Source: Geosiphon pyriformis uo1 (taxonomy: Eukaryota; Fungi; Glomeromycota). Taken from it: DNA of 64,000 nt. The translations under genes were made by a program, and so were the position numbers. Positions 1-11,450 of the stretch are shown piece by piece. The DNA is taken from assembly GCA_016748015.1 (NCBI GenBank), contig JAAOMT010000129.1, positions 995,965-1,059,964 of the forward strand, given 5' to 3'. The notes below the pieces were generated by a model, which was not told the origin of the DNA, made no database searches, and saw only the letters and a program-made list of their open reading frames with translations. Each line of letters opens with the position of its first letter. The stretch's first letter is position 1.

Positions 1-655
1 CAATTCTTGATTGAAAGTTTAAAGGTGAAACCAGTCCACATCGCTGAAGCTAAGGTAGGTGTTTTTTTACAATTGGGTTTTCCTTTTTTGGTAATTAACT
101 TCTTGAATAAATAGTCGGTGGCAGCCAAATATAATGAAGATATATACATGGAGGCTAGAAACTATTTAGAAGCTGAACAACACAGCGTTGGACACGACTT
201 AATCATTAAAGAAATTGCACCAAAGGCCATTTTGCTCGAAAAATATGGGGACTTGTGTTCTCTACTTGAAAGAGTAGATTCTGCTCGGGTACCGAGTTGG
301 AGATTAGGTGGAGGGGTAAGTTTTTCTCATCATAGTCTGATAGAAATTGCTTCGTTTTAATTGAGATTCATTATAAGCTTTAATATTTTAATTTGCATAG
401 CTATACCTCAACATTGTTGAATTGCTCATTAAACAAAGTCAGTTTAAAGAAATCCCAGAAGAAAGGAAGGGTCCTGATGAACAAAGGGATCTCCAAAGGT
501 TATGTCAGGAGGTTTTGACCACCCTTGAGAAAGTTGTACCTGTGAATCCTATGCAAGAGCGTTGTTTCGCTTTTGTTGAGACTCGAGCAAAAGACTTGCT
601 GAAATTTCTCGTAGGGGAACGGCCAAATTCGATGGAATTTCTCCCTGATGAATAA
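1..655 (+). CDS. NUP98: 3' end of nucleoporin Nup98-Nup96 (Nup145/Nup189), Nup96 C-terminal region; exons 1-54, 115-315, 401-655; 5' part outside window
   Basis: Spliced translation FLIESLKVKPVHIAEAK-SVAAKYNEDIYMEARNYLEAEQHSVGHDLIIKEIAPKAILL...VPSWRLGGG-LYLNIVELL resembles the Nup96 pattern (L.iP..wi.EAKA...H..i...AP.ai...W..GG.vy). GT-AG introns keep the frame. Confidence 0.75.
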
Positions 656-1629
656 TTTTCATCAAAACACGAGACGGAAAAAGATGACAATATTTGAGCG
701 CTATTAAACAAGGGAATTATTTACTGACCTCCATTTATGACCAAAAAAGAATAAAATATTACTAGGATTTTTAAATGGGCGAATTTTCATGCACTAATTT
801 CTGATGGTACGTATGAAAACTTTGATCAATTAAAAGATGGCTTATTTTGCAAGTTGAACTGCAAGACGAGATTTTAATAGGGTATTGAACAAATTAGAAT
901 TGTAAAGCGAGAAACTAAGATTGCAAAATGATATCACGTAATCGGTTAGATGAGGCGCGGCAGTTAATAGAATATGAAAACATCCGCAATTCAAGGTCAA
1001 TCACAAATTTCACGTTTCTAAATCATTCGTAAAAAATACTTGGAGTTGTATGTTAATCGATCCGAACAATGATAAATTCAACTTTTATATTATAATCCAA
1101 TAATGATTATTCTCAAAAATATAACTTTTGTAACATTCACGTGATCGGCGCAGCCTGTAAACCCAATACACAAATCCCAAATCTCAAAAAGCCCAGGATG
1201 ATGTCATAGTTAGGGATAAGGAAAAAATCAAACAACCCATTCATTGAGAGGCTAGGAAATATAAAAATATAGCAATAATTATGCAAGTTTAACTAAAGAT
1301 GTAAACATGACAAAAAAAAATCAAGAAAATGGAATGAGATGCTAGAATAGTATTGCATTATGTGATGTTTGTGTGAGTTTTTGGGAAAAAAAGAGGTAGG
1401 AACACAAATGCTAATAAAAAAAAAGGGAGGAAAAGACTTTGTACAAGGAAAAAATATTTTTTGCTGGCATGGGATATTATAAAATGGAAGCGATTATAGT
1501 GAATTTTTGGCATTAATTTTGGGGCTTGAAACTGCCTTCAACATGGGTAGGATAGCCAACCCGATATTTCTCCATTTTTTAAAATTCCCATCAATGAATC
1601 AACATACGTGCCTTTTAGGAACCAAATTC

Positions 1630-2932
1630 TCAAGATGGACTAGTCTTGCCATATTTAGCCAATAACTCTTCTCGCTTTTTCTCCCATCTTCGCCATTCGC
1701 CAGTACCAACGCTGTTTCCCTGAGAACCAACCGAGAAATCCTCTACTACAGCCGGAGGCGGATTATGCTCATTCTCCCAGAGCATAGATGGTCCACCGTA
1801 TCCATACATATATTCGTCATTCCGCCAATTTCGGCCATACTGCATGGCACTGTTTGTAGTGCCGCTACTCAAGGTACGGCCACGGCGTTCGAATGGTCGA
1901 TTACGATTATAATTGTAGAAAGATTGACGACGGAAATGATGTGTAGCAACAGATTCACCACCCAGCAAAGGATTTCTTTCTTCGTCGTTTCCAAGGTGAC
2001 TTCGTGAGGTACTTCGACAACATCGACATATGCAACAGCACATACATAAAATGAGGGAAAGTATAAGGATACCGACTAATGCTGAAGTTGCTGATAAGAT
2101 GGCTTGTTTATGAGTAACTATTTGGGTTTTAGTTATTGAAAGTTTGAAACGAAAAGAAAAACTTGTTGAGTGTCATATTTAAAAATCGGTATGAATGATA
2201 GAAAACATTAAAGGAAAGAAAGTCGAAAAGTTTAATTCCATGGTAAACAGTAAAGTGTTTTAATGAAAATGAGCATCGCTTACCGAAACATTGTCCAAAT
2301 TGGTATTCCCATCGATCTGCTTCACATAGTAATGGATTTCCGAATGGGCCATTCCAACCACCTTGTACACATCTCATTTCCTAAGTCACGACGTCAAGTT
2401 AAACCGAGGAGGAGCAGCAGCAGCAGCAGAAACGGATATAACAGACACAGGAAAAGAATCAACAAAATATTTTAATTAGTTAGGTTGGGATAAATCATTC
2501 GAAGGAGAAGCTGCTGAGATGTAAATCGTAATAGAACCGAGAATATTTATTACTCACTCTACTACAGAAACCACATTCTAGATTCATTGTACACTCTCCG
2601 CAAGAACGAAAAGTCGAACAATCTACTGTGAGGTCTTGTGAAAAAAGCGAGAATTAGTGATAAATAAACGCAGAACCAGGAAATAAAGCAAAATAAACTC
2701 GACCATAAAAGATTGACTCTTATACGTCCGAGAGAACTTCTTGGGAATTTGCTGTAAAGCCCAAGGTGAGAGTTGAATAGTTACCTGTAACATTATTCTT
2801 GGCAAAGCTAGATTGTGCAAAAGTGAGAACTATTAAGAGTGGAATTGCAAAAAAAAGTTTCAAAGAGCCTATATTTGTTGTAGTATAAGTTTTAGGTGTT
2901 CTTAAGGATGAACATCTTTGTAGTGAAGTCAT
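1630..2932 (-). CDS. PSI-domain single-pass membrane protein, PTTG1IP/PBF-like (4 exons)
   Basis: Spliced: hydrophobic signal segment (LKLFFAIPLLIVLTFAQSSFA), PSI-like Cys pattern DCSTFRSCGECTMNLECGFCSR-EMRCVQGGW...CEADRWEYQFGQCF, TM (AILSATSALVGILILSLILC), Cys cluster CMCCCICRCC, C-terminal KREELLAKYG similar to the PTTG1IP RKKYG tail. The first splice junction is inferred. Confidence 0.7.
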
Positions 2933-3950
2933 TATGAACAAACACCCAAAGTCTCCTTGGAAAATTTAACTTTCTTTTTTGGGTTTAGAATATTTTAAAA
3001 ATTATCGTTAAATATTCAGAATCTTATGAAAGAAGATAACCGAGAGGACGGGAGTGACTGAAAAAAATATAGAGAAAAAAGAATGTGAACAAAATCAGTG
3101 GGTGGGTTTCCCCTTAAAAGCTAAAAAAGATTTACGAGTGTGGGTGTGGATACTTGAGATGGTGAGAAAGAGACTAAAATTAGCTAACTTTGATAGGCCG
3201 AGTTTATTACTTGTACATCGAAGAGAACCTGTTGTACAAAGAAGATTACAAGTTTTTTTTCAATTTTCTGGTAATGGTAAAAAGTGTGACACCATTGGGG
3301 AAGGGAAAATTTTTAGAATTTCGATTATACTACAAAACAGTGATGTATGTCCTGTCCAGCAGTGATCAAATGAAGAGCTACCATAATAAGAATAATTGAA
3401 ATGCCAGAAATACACACACCTTTTGAAGAAATGGAAGAAAAAGAAAATAAGGTGATTCAAGAATTGAGAATTGTTGTTGATTTATGTCCAGAGTTGGTCT
3501 TTTCTTTTTGTGTGTTAAATCAACCGTTTCTAAGGAATCCTCAGTTTCATTCATTAAAAAGTTATTTTCTCCATCTTTTTTATCATTAAAGTTTATTGAT
3601 GTTCCATCTATTATTATTAATATTATTGTTGGTTAGGTGGTGTTTTAACTTGAAGTTTTTTTTTTTGTTGATGTTGATATTGTTGTTGATGGACATTCTC
3701 TATGATGCGTTCGTTGTGAGTTTGATCAGCGAAGGGAAAGGCATTACGAACAAGTTTAATTTCGATTCTTTTTTTGTCTTTCAAAAAGCACGCGACAATT
3801 TTTCTTAAATTCTGTTGTAAACTATTATCACTCATTTCTTTAATTGGTGGACCAAATAACATTACTATTCTTTGAATATATATATATATATTTTTATAGG
3901 TCTTGGCCTTTATCAAAACTGTCATCAAAAGAAACTTGAAACGAAAAAAA

Positions 3951-3985
<35 letters not shown>

Positions 3986-5719
3986 GTATATAGAATATTT
4001 TGGTGACTGATCGAAGCACAAGGGAAAAAACACATGTGCCTGTTAACATTGTAACTTTTTCTCAAATTATTGACATCAAGAAACTTGATTTCTTTGATAT
4101 AAAGATAAAAAAAACCAGATTTTGACGATGTGACAATCAGAATTTAATTTAGCTGCAATCGAAGTAATTTTGTGGATCAAATGTTCCTAATCTAGCGACC
4201 GGTAGACACCTGAGTAAAACCAGTCCAAATGAAATATTGTAAATGTGAATGTGAATGTGAAATTGACATTGATGGCGAGGGGACGATATATAATTGAATA
4301 ATTTGCATTTAGTGGGGGGATTCGGAAGTCGGAGAAATCGTGAAAAAAATATGGGATTAAATTGGCGTTTCTGGACCCAGTCGAGAAAATGCTGGATCAA
4401 CAATTTTTTTTCCTTTCTCGAATGTCACTCTCTTTGTCGATAAACTTGGTTAAGGATTTAATGATTGTCACTTTTCGAATCAAATAGAAGTTTACAGGCT
4501 GAGAATCATCTTGAACTAATAGAGAAATTCATTTCTGAAGTTGAGAAGAATTTCTGCAAATCATAGATCATACTTTTAGGTTCATTTTAAAAAGAGGGAA
4601 CAATGGATGACTATAGTAAGAAAAAAAGAAGGATAAAAAAAAAACAGAAAAAGGAAAAGAAAAGAAGTGTCAGAAATCTGAAATGAGCACAATATCAACA
4701 GGTTTTCGTCAAGATTACCTATTCATACAGAAATTTTATCGACACACCTGATTTACAGGACATCAACGATTAAAATTGTTCATTCCTGGCCAACTCATTC
4801 TAGCGCAGAATTGTATTATTTTATTTTATTTTTCTTTTGAATTATTATTAAAAAAAACTTTTGAATTAATGAATCCAATTAAACATTAACAGAAGATGTC
4901 GTCACGCGTGAAAAATAACGCGTGAAAATAAAGAATTTTTGAATGCATGAAATACCAATAATCCCAAAAGTAAATCTTTCTGCAAGTTTATTGTATTTAG
5001 ACTATCATTTGTGCAATGCAAAGCATGTATCATTCTATATATTAAAAAAATGGCCATGCTAACAATAATAATATGCAAAATGTATTTCATAAACACTGAA
5101 AGGTTTCATTTCTGCAGTTCGGGTTAGACACACCATCATTCTTAAAAGTTGACGCGATTCCTTTTAATTAAATAAACAATTAAGGTTTTTAAAATGGTGA
5201 AATTTCATGTTAACACAATTTCATGTCTAATTTCAGGTTCCCCGTATGCCCAAGATCCGATATTGTTTCATGAATCTAAGGATCTTCGATCGTGGGAAAT
5301 TTACATGTTACCTTACTACCTTTGATTAATAATAATGATGATGATGATGCAATTGTAATTCTCTTACATCTAATTTCAGAGATAATGTTAGATTGAATCG
5401 TTTCATAACTGTAACAGGTTTCATGAATGTTGTTTTCCTAAACAATGATTAATTTACAATTTTTTATATGAAGCTGATCGTATATTCTTATCTAAATTAG
5501 TCAAATATTTTTATTTTTAAAAAAATTACGTATATATCTTTTAAAGTAATTTATCTGAATTTTTATATATTTAATATCAAACTGTTAAGTTTTGAACTCG
5601 GAATTGAAACAGAAATAGTCACTGAAACAAAATTCAAAATCTTTATCCTCATAATAGGATAAAACAATTTTTTTTTTTAAATATAACTTTTAATTATTTT
5701 GATTATCATTACTATTTTG

Positions 5720-5752
<33 letters not shown>

Positions 5753-6164
5753 TTTGAATACATAAAAATATAATTAGTTGTGTAAAAAAACATATTAACA
5801 TCTTAAATAAAAATTTATAATATTAAATCAATAAATGAATTTAATAATTTTAAAAAATTCAAGGCAAAAATTAATTAATCAAATAAATAATAAACAAATA
5901 AATTTAATATTAAGAATAAAATTGATTTTCTTATTACCAATTAATTAATTAATAAATAAATAAATACAAAAATATTATAAAATTAATAATTTATAAATTT
6001 CATATTACATTAAAATAAGATATATTAATTAAAATAAAATTAATTAATTAAAAATATGATTCACATATTTGAAACTAATATTAAAATTAAAATTTATATG
6101 CTTTTAAAAAAAATTTTTTTTTTTTTACTTAATAATATTATGTTGTTTTTTTTAAATTATTATT

Positions 6165-6296
<132 letters not shown>

Positions 6297-6827
6297 CATT
6301 TTACCGATTAAAAAGAGTCAGAAATTCGGATTATCGCTTTATGCATATCATTTCCTCGTGACTGTGGCTATTTTTCTTTTTTGAAACCCCAACCCAGAGG
6401 AATATCTTTAGTTAAAAGGGAATATTCCTTTGTCTTCCATGCTTTACAGTCTCTCATCTAAATCTTTTATGCTATATCGTTGACTTTTGACAGTATTCTC
6501 CTGAGTAAAAGGAACGAGAAATTTTCACAAGGACGCCGATCCTATTTTACATCAAGCCCCATTTGTGAAGTGAAAGCACAAAAATTTAAAAGCAGATTGC
6601 GCTCTCTCGACAATCTTGCAATCCTCTTACCTTGTAAAGATAACTCAAGGTTTTATATGAGTCTTCGCTTTTGTTCGGCGTGTTAAATGGAGAAAGTTCG
6701 CTTTGCTCCTTACACTTATATATTTGTCATGGCATCAAAATTTTAGTTTCCTAAAGACCTTTAACGATCCTTGAACTTGGGGTCAATCATATAAACTTTC
6801 ACCGTAATCAATAATTCAACTTGTCTA

Positions 6828-7904
6828 ATGTCAAAAAGTCCCAAACTCCGTCGAAATCTAAATAAATTATCTTCCCCAGTATCCAAAGACACATTTGCCA
6901 CCAAAATACAAGAGGAATCTATGGGTCAGCACAATCAGCCATATTCAATATTAGGCTTTGATCATGATCAATTTTGTTCGATGAAAGCTCGTTTGGATGG
7001 AAAAAAAGAAACATTTTTTATTAAATCTGATTCACTCACTTCCGGCCAATTAAAAGATATTCTATGTCCACACACACTCCTCTCGTCGGATCACATAAAC
7101 GCTTACTTCTCGATGCTCAATGAAATTCATGACCACATTTATAGCCTCTCAACTTATTTTTATACGAGACTTGTTTCAAGTGATGAAGTTTATGATTATT
7201 CCGCTGTAACACGATGGACCAAGCATACAAATCTATTCGACAAGGAACTTGTCTTCATTCCAATAAATTTGGACCAAGTACATTGGATACTAGCCGTAAT
7301 TAATATGAAAGATCGTCAAATTCAAATCTGGGATTCTTTAGGACGTACACGTTATAAAGCTACTGTGGGCAAACATCTGCGGGATTATTTAAAGGATGAG
7401 TATAAATTTAAAAAGATTGGCGAAAATCAGAGCGCCATTCGTTCTGAATACGGCGATACAAAAAAAGACGGTGGCAAACCCAACTACCATATAGGTAATA
7501 CCAAGAAAACACGACTCATCCAAATTAACAGCCATTCAGCAAGATCACAGGGGAATATTGTTAGTAGTGCTACTCAAAGCACAAGGGGCAACAGCACTTA
7601 TTCAAACGATAAATTGGAGCAAGATGAAGATGATTTCAAAGTTGTTGACAAGTTTCTTCGGCAAAGTGGACCACAGTCTGATGGCACATCTTGTGGGGTA
7701 TTTGTTTGCTTAATCGCTCGACTTTTGGCAGAACGCCAACCAGAAGAGGACATACAGAAAGTCATATTTAAAGATGAGGCTGCTGATGAATATCGAAAAA
7801 CAATGACATTGGAGCTTTTTACCTTCGCCACCCGAGATGAAATCGTTGTCTCTGGAGAGAATCAATTCGATTATGAGTCTGATGGATTCCATATGATACC
7901 ATAA
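6828..7904 (+). CDS. Ulp1/SENP-family cysteine protease (peptidase C48), apparently intronless
   Basis: LSSDHINAYF, STYFY..L, V.RWTK..NLFDKELVFIPINLDQVHWILAVIN, WDSL and QSDGTSCGVFVC give a His-Asp-Cys triad plus oxyanion Gln. Confidence 0.85.
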   Translation: MSKSPKLRRNLNKLSSPVSKDTFATKIQEESMGQHNQPYSILGFDHDQFCSMKARLDGKKETFFIKSDSLTSGQLKDILCPHTLLSSDHINAYFSMLNEIHDHIYSLSTYFYTRLVSSDEVYDYSAVTRWTKHTNLFDKELVFIPINLDQVHWILAVINMKDRQIQIWDSLGRTRYKATVGKHLRDYLKDEYKFKKIGENQSAIRSEYGDTKKDGGKPNYHIGNTKKTRLIQINSHSARSQGNIVSSATQSTRGNSTYSNDKLEQDEDDFKVVDKFLRQSGPQSDGTSCGVFVCLIARLLAERQPEEDIQKVIFKDEAADEYRKTMTLELFTFATRDEIVVSGENQFDYESDGFHMIP

Positions 7905-8614
7905 TTTAATTGAAATTTTCTACATGAGCATTTAAGATTAGCAGAACAAGATGGAAGGATTTGAAAAGTTTCTTAAATTGAGGATGAACAAAAAGTTCTA
8001 GGATCGGATTGCTCAAATGTTCCAAAGGTAACATTCTTACTCTTGAATATTCAAAAAAGGAACCCATGGCGTAGTTTGTCATGTAGCTATTATGCTCCAT
8101 ATACCCAATTCACATTATATCATCCCAACATTCAAAGAAAAAATTTCTTCGAAACTCTGGGATCCCCATGGACCGACAGTTGGATTTAACTCACCTTTGA
8201 GTCTTTGATTTCGCTTCACTTTAAAGATTAATGGGTCAATTATTTTTAAAATATGGGGGCAACAGAATGAGCTCTTTTAGATGGTTCATCATCACCTCAA
8301 TCAATCTATGATGAGAAACGGTACAGAGCATGGGAAATGTTGCAATCCCGCTATATTGTATACTTTTTTGAATAAATTTGGGTTCCCGCCCGGATCATAT
8401 ATAACGTTGAGTAGCTGTTGATCATTCGATAGTAAAGAAAATTTTCTGCTGGATCATTCAAAGTAAAAATAGTAGTGCTTGATTTTATTATTCAGTGAAA
8501 TTTAATGCTCTAAAAAAATTATTTATTTAGTTAATTTTGTTAAGGGTATTAAAGTACATTGGCAAAAGTAAATTTTTATACATGAATACACTAATATATG
8601 TTAATATTATTGAT

Positions 8615-8680
8615 TGGGTGGCTGGTCACGTGCGGACAAAGCATGAGCTGCTTCGTAAAGCAATGATAATAATAATAAAT
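8615..8680 (+). mobile_element. Mini retro-element (SINE-like) matching the conserved LINE 3' terminus, with (AAT)n tail
   Basis: GGGTGGCTGGTCACGTGCGGACAAAGCATGAGCTGCTTCGTAAAGC followed by AATGATAATAATAAT aligns with the LINE 3'UTR at 27535-27649. Confidence 0.65.
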
Positions 8681-9175
8681 CTTTGTTTTAATTTTATTTT
8701 AATCATTTGAATTGATTTTCAAATAATTTAGAAATCATATAATTATGAAAATTATTTTTTTAAATTAATATTAATCTAAAAATCTTAAAATTAAAATCAA
8801 TTGATATATATGTTTTCATGTTTAATAACAAAATTAGCTTGCATTTTTTTTTAAATCAATTTAGATATAAATTTTTATATATCTAAAATGATTATAAAAT
8901 TAATAATTAATTAAATTTGTTATTTTTTTATATGTTGAAGCTTGTTTTAATAAAAATAAAAAATAATATTATATAATTAATTATAATTAAATAATGTTAT
9001 TTTTTATAAATTAAAATATTTATTTTCAAATTTTATTATTAAAACTTGAAATTTTCTATTTTAAAATCATTTTAAAAGTGTAATAAAAACTAAAATAAGA
9101 TTTATCTAATTAAATTTTCTATAAATATCTAATTATTTAAATTGACAAAAATATATATATTTAAGATTTAAATAT

Positions 9176-9237
9176 CGGGTGGCTGGTCATGCATGATCTA
9201 CTTCTATAATAGTGCTCACGCGCAATGTAAATAAAAA
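9176..9237 (+). mobile_element. Second mini retro-element (internally deleted) matching the LINE 3' terminus
   Basis: CGGGTGGCTGGTCATGCATGATC...CTCACGCGCAATG plus A-rich tail; same 5' boundary as the copies at 8615 and 38312. Confidence 0.55.
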
Positions 9238-9303
9238 CAGCTTTAAAATTTCCAACTTAACGAGTAAAACTCTTCCATTATAATCTTACATCTTTTATCT
9301 AAT

Positions 9304-11215
9304 ATGTAAGATCTCCCAATATGTCACGAAGAACACGCTTACAATAGTTTTTTTGAATTAAACTTTTCCCTTGCTGCTTCTTTTATATGCGCTTCGCTTA
9401 ATGCATTAAGTGCAGGTAGTCTTTACCTTTTCTCTTTATATGGCCCACAACTTTCAAAAGAGTTTGGATATTTCCAAGTTCAGGTTTGTTTGCTTTTATA
9501 GCACAGGGAACTCATTTGAGCAAATATAAAGTTCAGAATAATATTAAACTTAGGTCCACAAACACATATATTTAATCAAACTCCTCGATTCTCAAATAAA
9601 AGTTATCCGTTGTCGCTTCCGCTGGTAATAATTACCTGGGACCATTGATGGGGTGGCTCGTGGACGTATTTGGTAAGGATTGCTCTCCTATTCATGATAG
9701 CTATATGTAAAATGGAAAAACAGCTATAATCTTGGGCTTTTTAACGAGTCAAAAAGCCCTCTTTAAAAGATTATCAATTCATGATTTTTTCCAGAGGTCC
9801 ACGACGGTAAGTTTTTGCCGATCTAATGTGTCTCTGTATTCAGAATCAATTAGTCAAAACTTTTAAAAAGTGATCTAAATATTACTTTCCTAGGATTTCT
9901 TTCGTTGCAGCGATAACACTTTTTATTGGATATTCCTCAATGGCATTTACGCATAATCATACGTTTGTCAATATATCATACGTAGTAATGGCTTTATAAT
10001 TTGCTTTGGTTGGTGTCGGCTCGAGGTGTTCGTATGTATAATTTGGTCTAAAGGCTCTATCAATAATTCTATCCTTCGTCGAAATTGGATTATCACTCAT
10101 TTGGTGAGTTTCTATTAGTTATATGTCATGTCTCACCACGGTTGCAAAGAATTTCCCAAAAAACCGTGGAGCTTCCTTGGGGTATTTGATACTTTTAGTT
10201 TTCCGTATTATTTTTTTTGATAATATCATGGTAATATTAATATTATTATTCAGACTCCCCATTGCTTTTTTTGGAATTTTTTTTTTAGATGCGAGTGGCC
10301 AAATAGATGTCTACAAACTGCTTTTATTTTTTGGCGATCGCTTTCGGAGTTGCAAACCTTATTTCTACTCTATGGTTACGCGTGATTTTGTCCTCATATG
10401 CAGAGCTTCTGGAAGAAGTTGTGATAACTAGCGCTGGTGAACAAACACTCTTATTAAATTCAAGTACTACTGCCACAAGAGGAGAATCAGTGGACATAAG
10501 TGGCTCGTCGTTTCTTTCGGATCCATCTGCTTGGCTTTTATGGACAGCCTTTTTCTGTTTATCCGGAACAGATTTGATGGTAATCAACAGTATTGGAACA
10601 ATGATCACTGCATTAACATTGGTGCCTCATTTAGCAACCTTGAACTCCCTTTCAATATCACCAGGACGACAATCTGAATTTCAAACTTTACATGTTTCAT
10701 TAATTTTTATTGCATCTTGCTTGGGTCGTATTACAACAGGGCTTGTTTCAGATTATTATAAAAGATATCATAGAATTCCACGGATTATATTTTGGATAAG
10801 TGCGGCAGTCATCATGCTATCTTGCCAATTGTATGGTGCTTTTGGGCTCTCATCTTTAAAGGAAGATCGGGCACTTGCTAATTTATGGATTATATCCGTT
10901 GGGACAAGCTTCTCTTGGGATATGAGGCGTTTCGGCTTGAATTGGGGCATAATGGGTTGGGCGGCTGGATTTGGGGGGCTTTTCTTTAATTTGGTTTTTG
11001 GATGGGTGTTTGATTGGCATGCTAAAAGGCAAAATTCTTTGGTTAATCAGAGAGAATTTGGAGGGTACATTGGAAGTGAGATCAAATCCCTACAATTTCA
11101 TGGAATTGAATGTTTTCAGGGCGCATTTTTGGTTACTAGTGCCATGTGTGCAGTTAGTATTATATTGAGGTGGGTTTTGATCATAAGAAATAGAAGGGCT
11201 TTAATGACAAATTAA
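9304..11215 (+). pseudogene. Mch1/nodulin-like MFS transporter pseudogene
   Basis: Exons encode AGSLYLFSLYGPQL, GPLMGWLVDVFGPR, TTVAKNFPKNRGASLGLPIAFFG, GRITTGLVSD and FGLNWG. Lesions: ATG(9304) followed directly by TAA, in-frame TAA at 9997-9999, a frameshift near 10325-10335 and apparent internal deletions. Confidence 0.75.
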
Positions 11216-11450
11216 AGCATCCCGTTTTTAGTAGGCTTTCAGTTTATTTAGTGATTTAATTTGTAGCTATTTCTCTCCAGAAATATTTTTCTGGGCTAGA
11301 GGACATGAAAGATAAATATATACTTCAAGGACAACTGAAGTTATATATATTGATTTTACTAATGTTCTCAATACTATTCAGATTCTATTATATTATTAAC
11401 AATGGAAGAATCAAACGATTTTGGAGACTTTGGCATGTATATATTAAAAA

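Noticed and set aside
3054-4403. Cluster of short ORFs upstream of the PTTG1IP-like gene
   Set aside because: Low complexity, no motifs; more consistent with 5'UTR or promoter DNA.
8615-8680. Mini-element as an HDV-like or hammerhead ribozyme
   Set aside because: A 7-bp P1-like pairing exists, but there is no P1.1/P4/J4-2 region after it and no CUGAUGA...GAAA core. A known ribozyme class is not supported.
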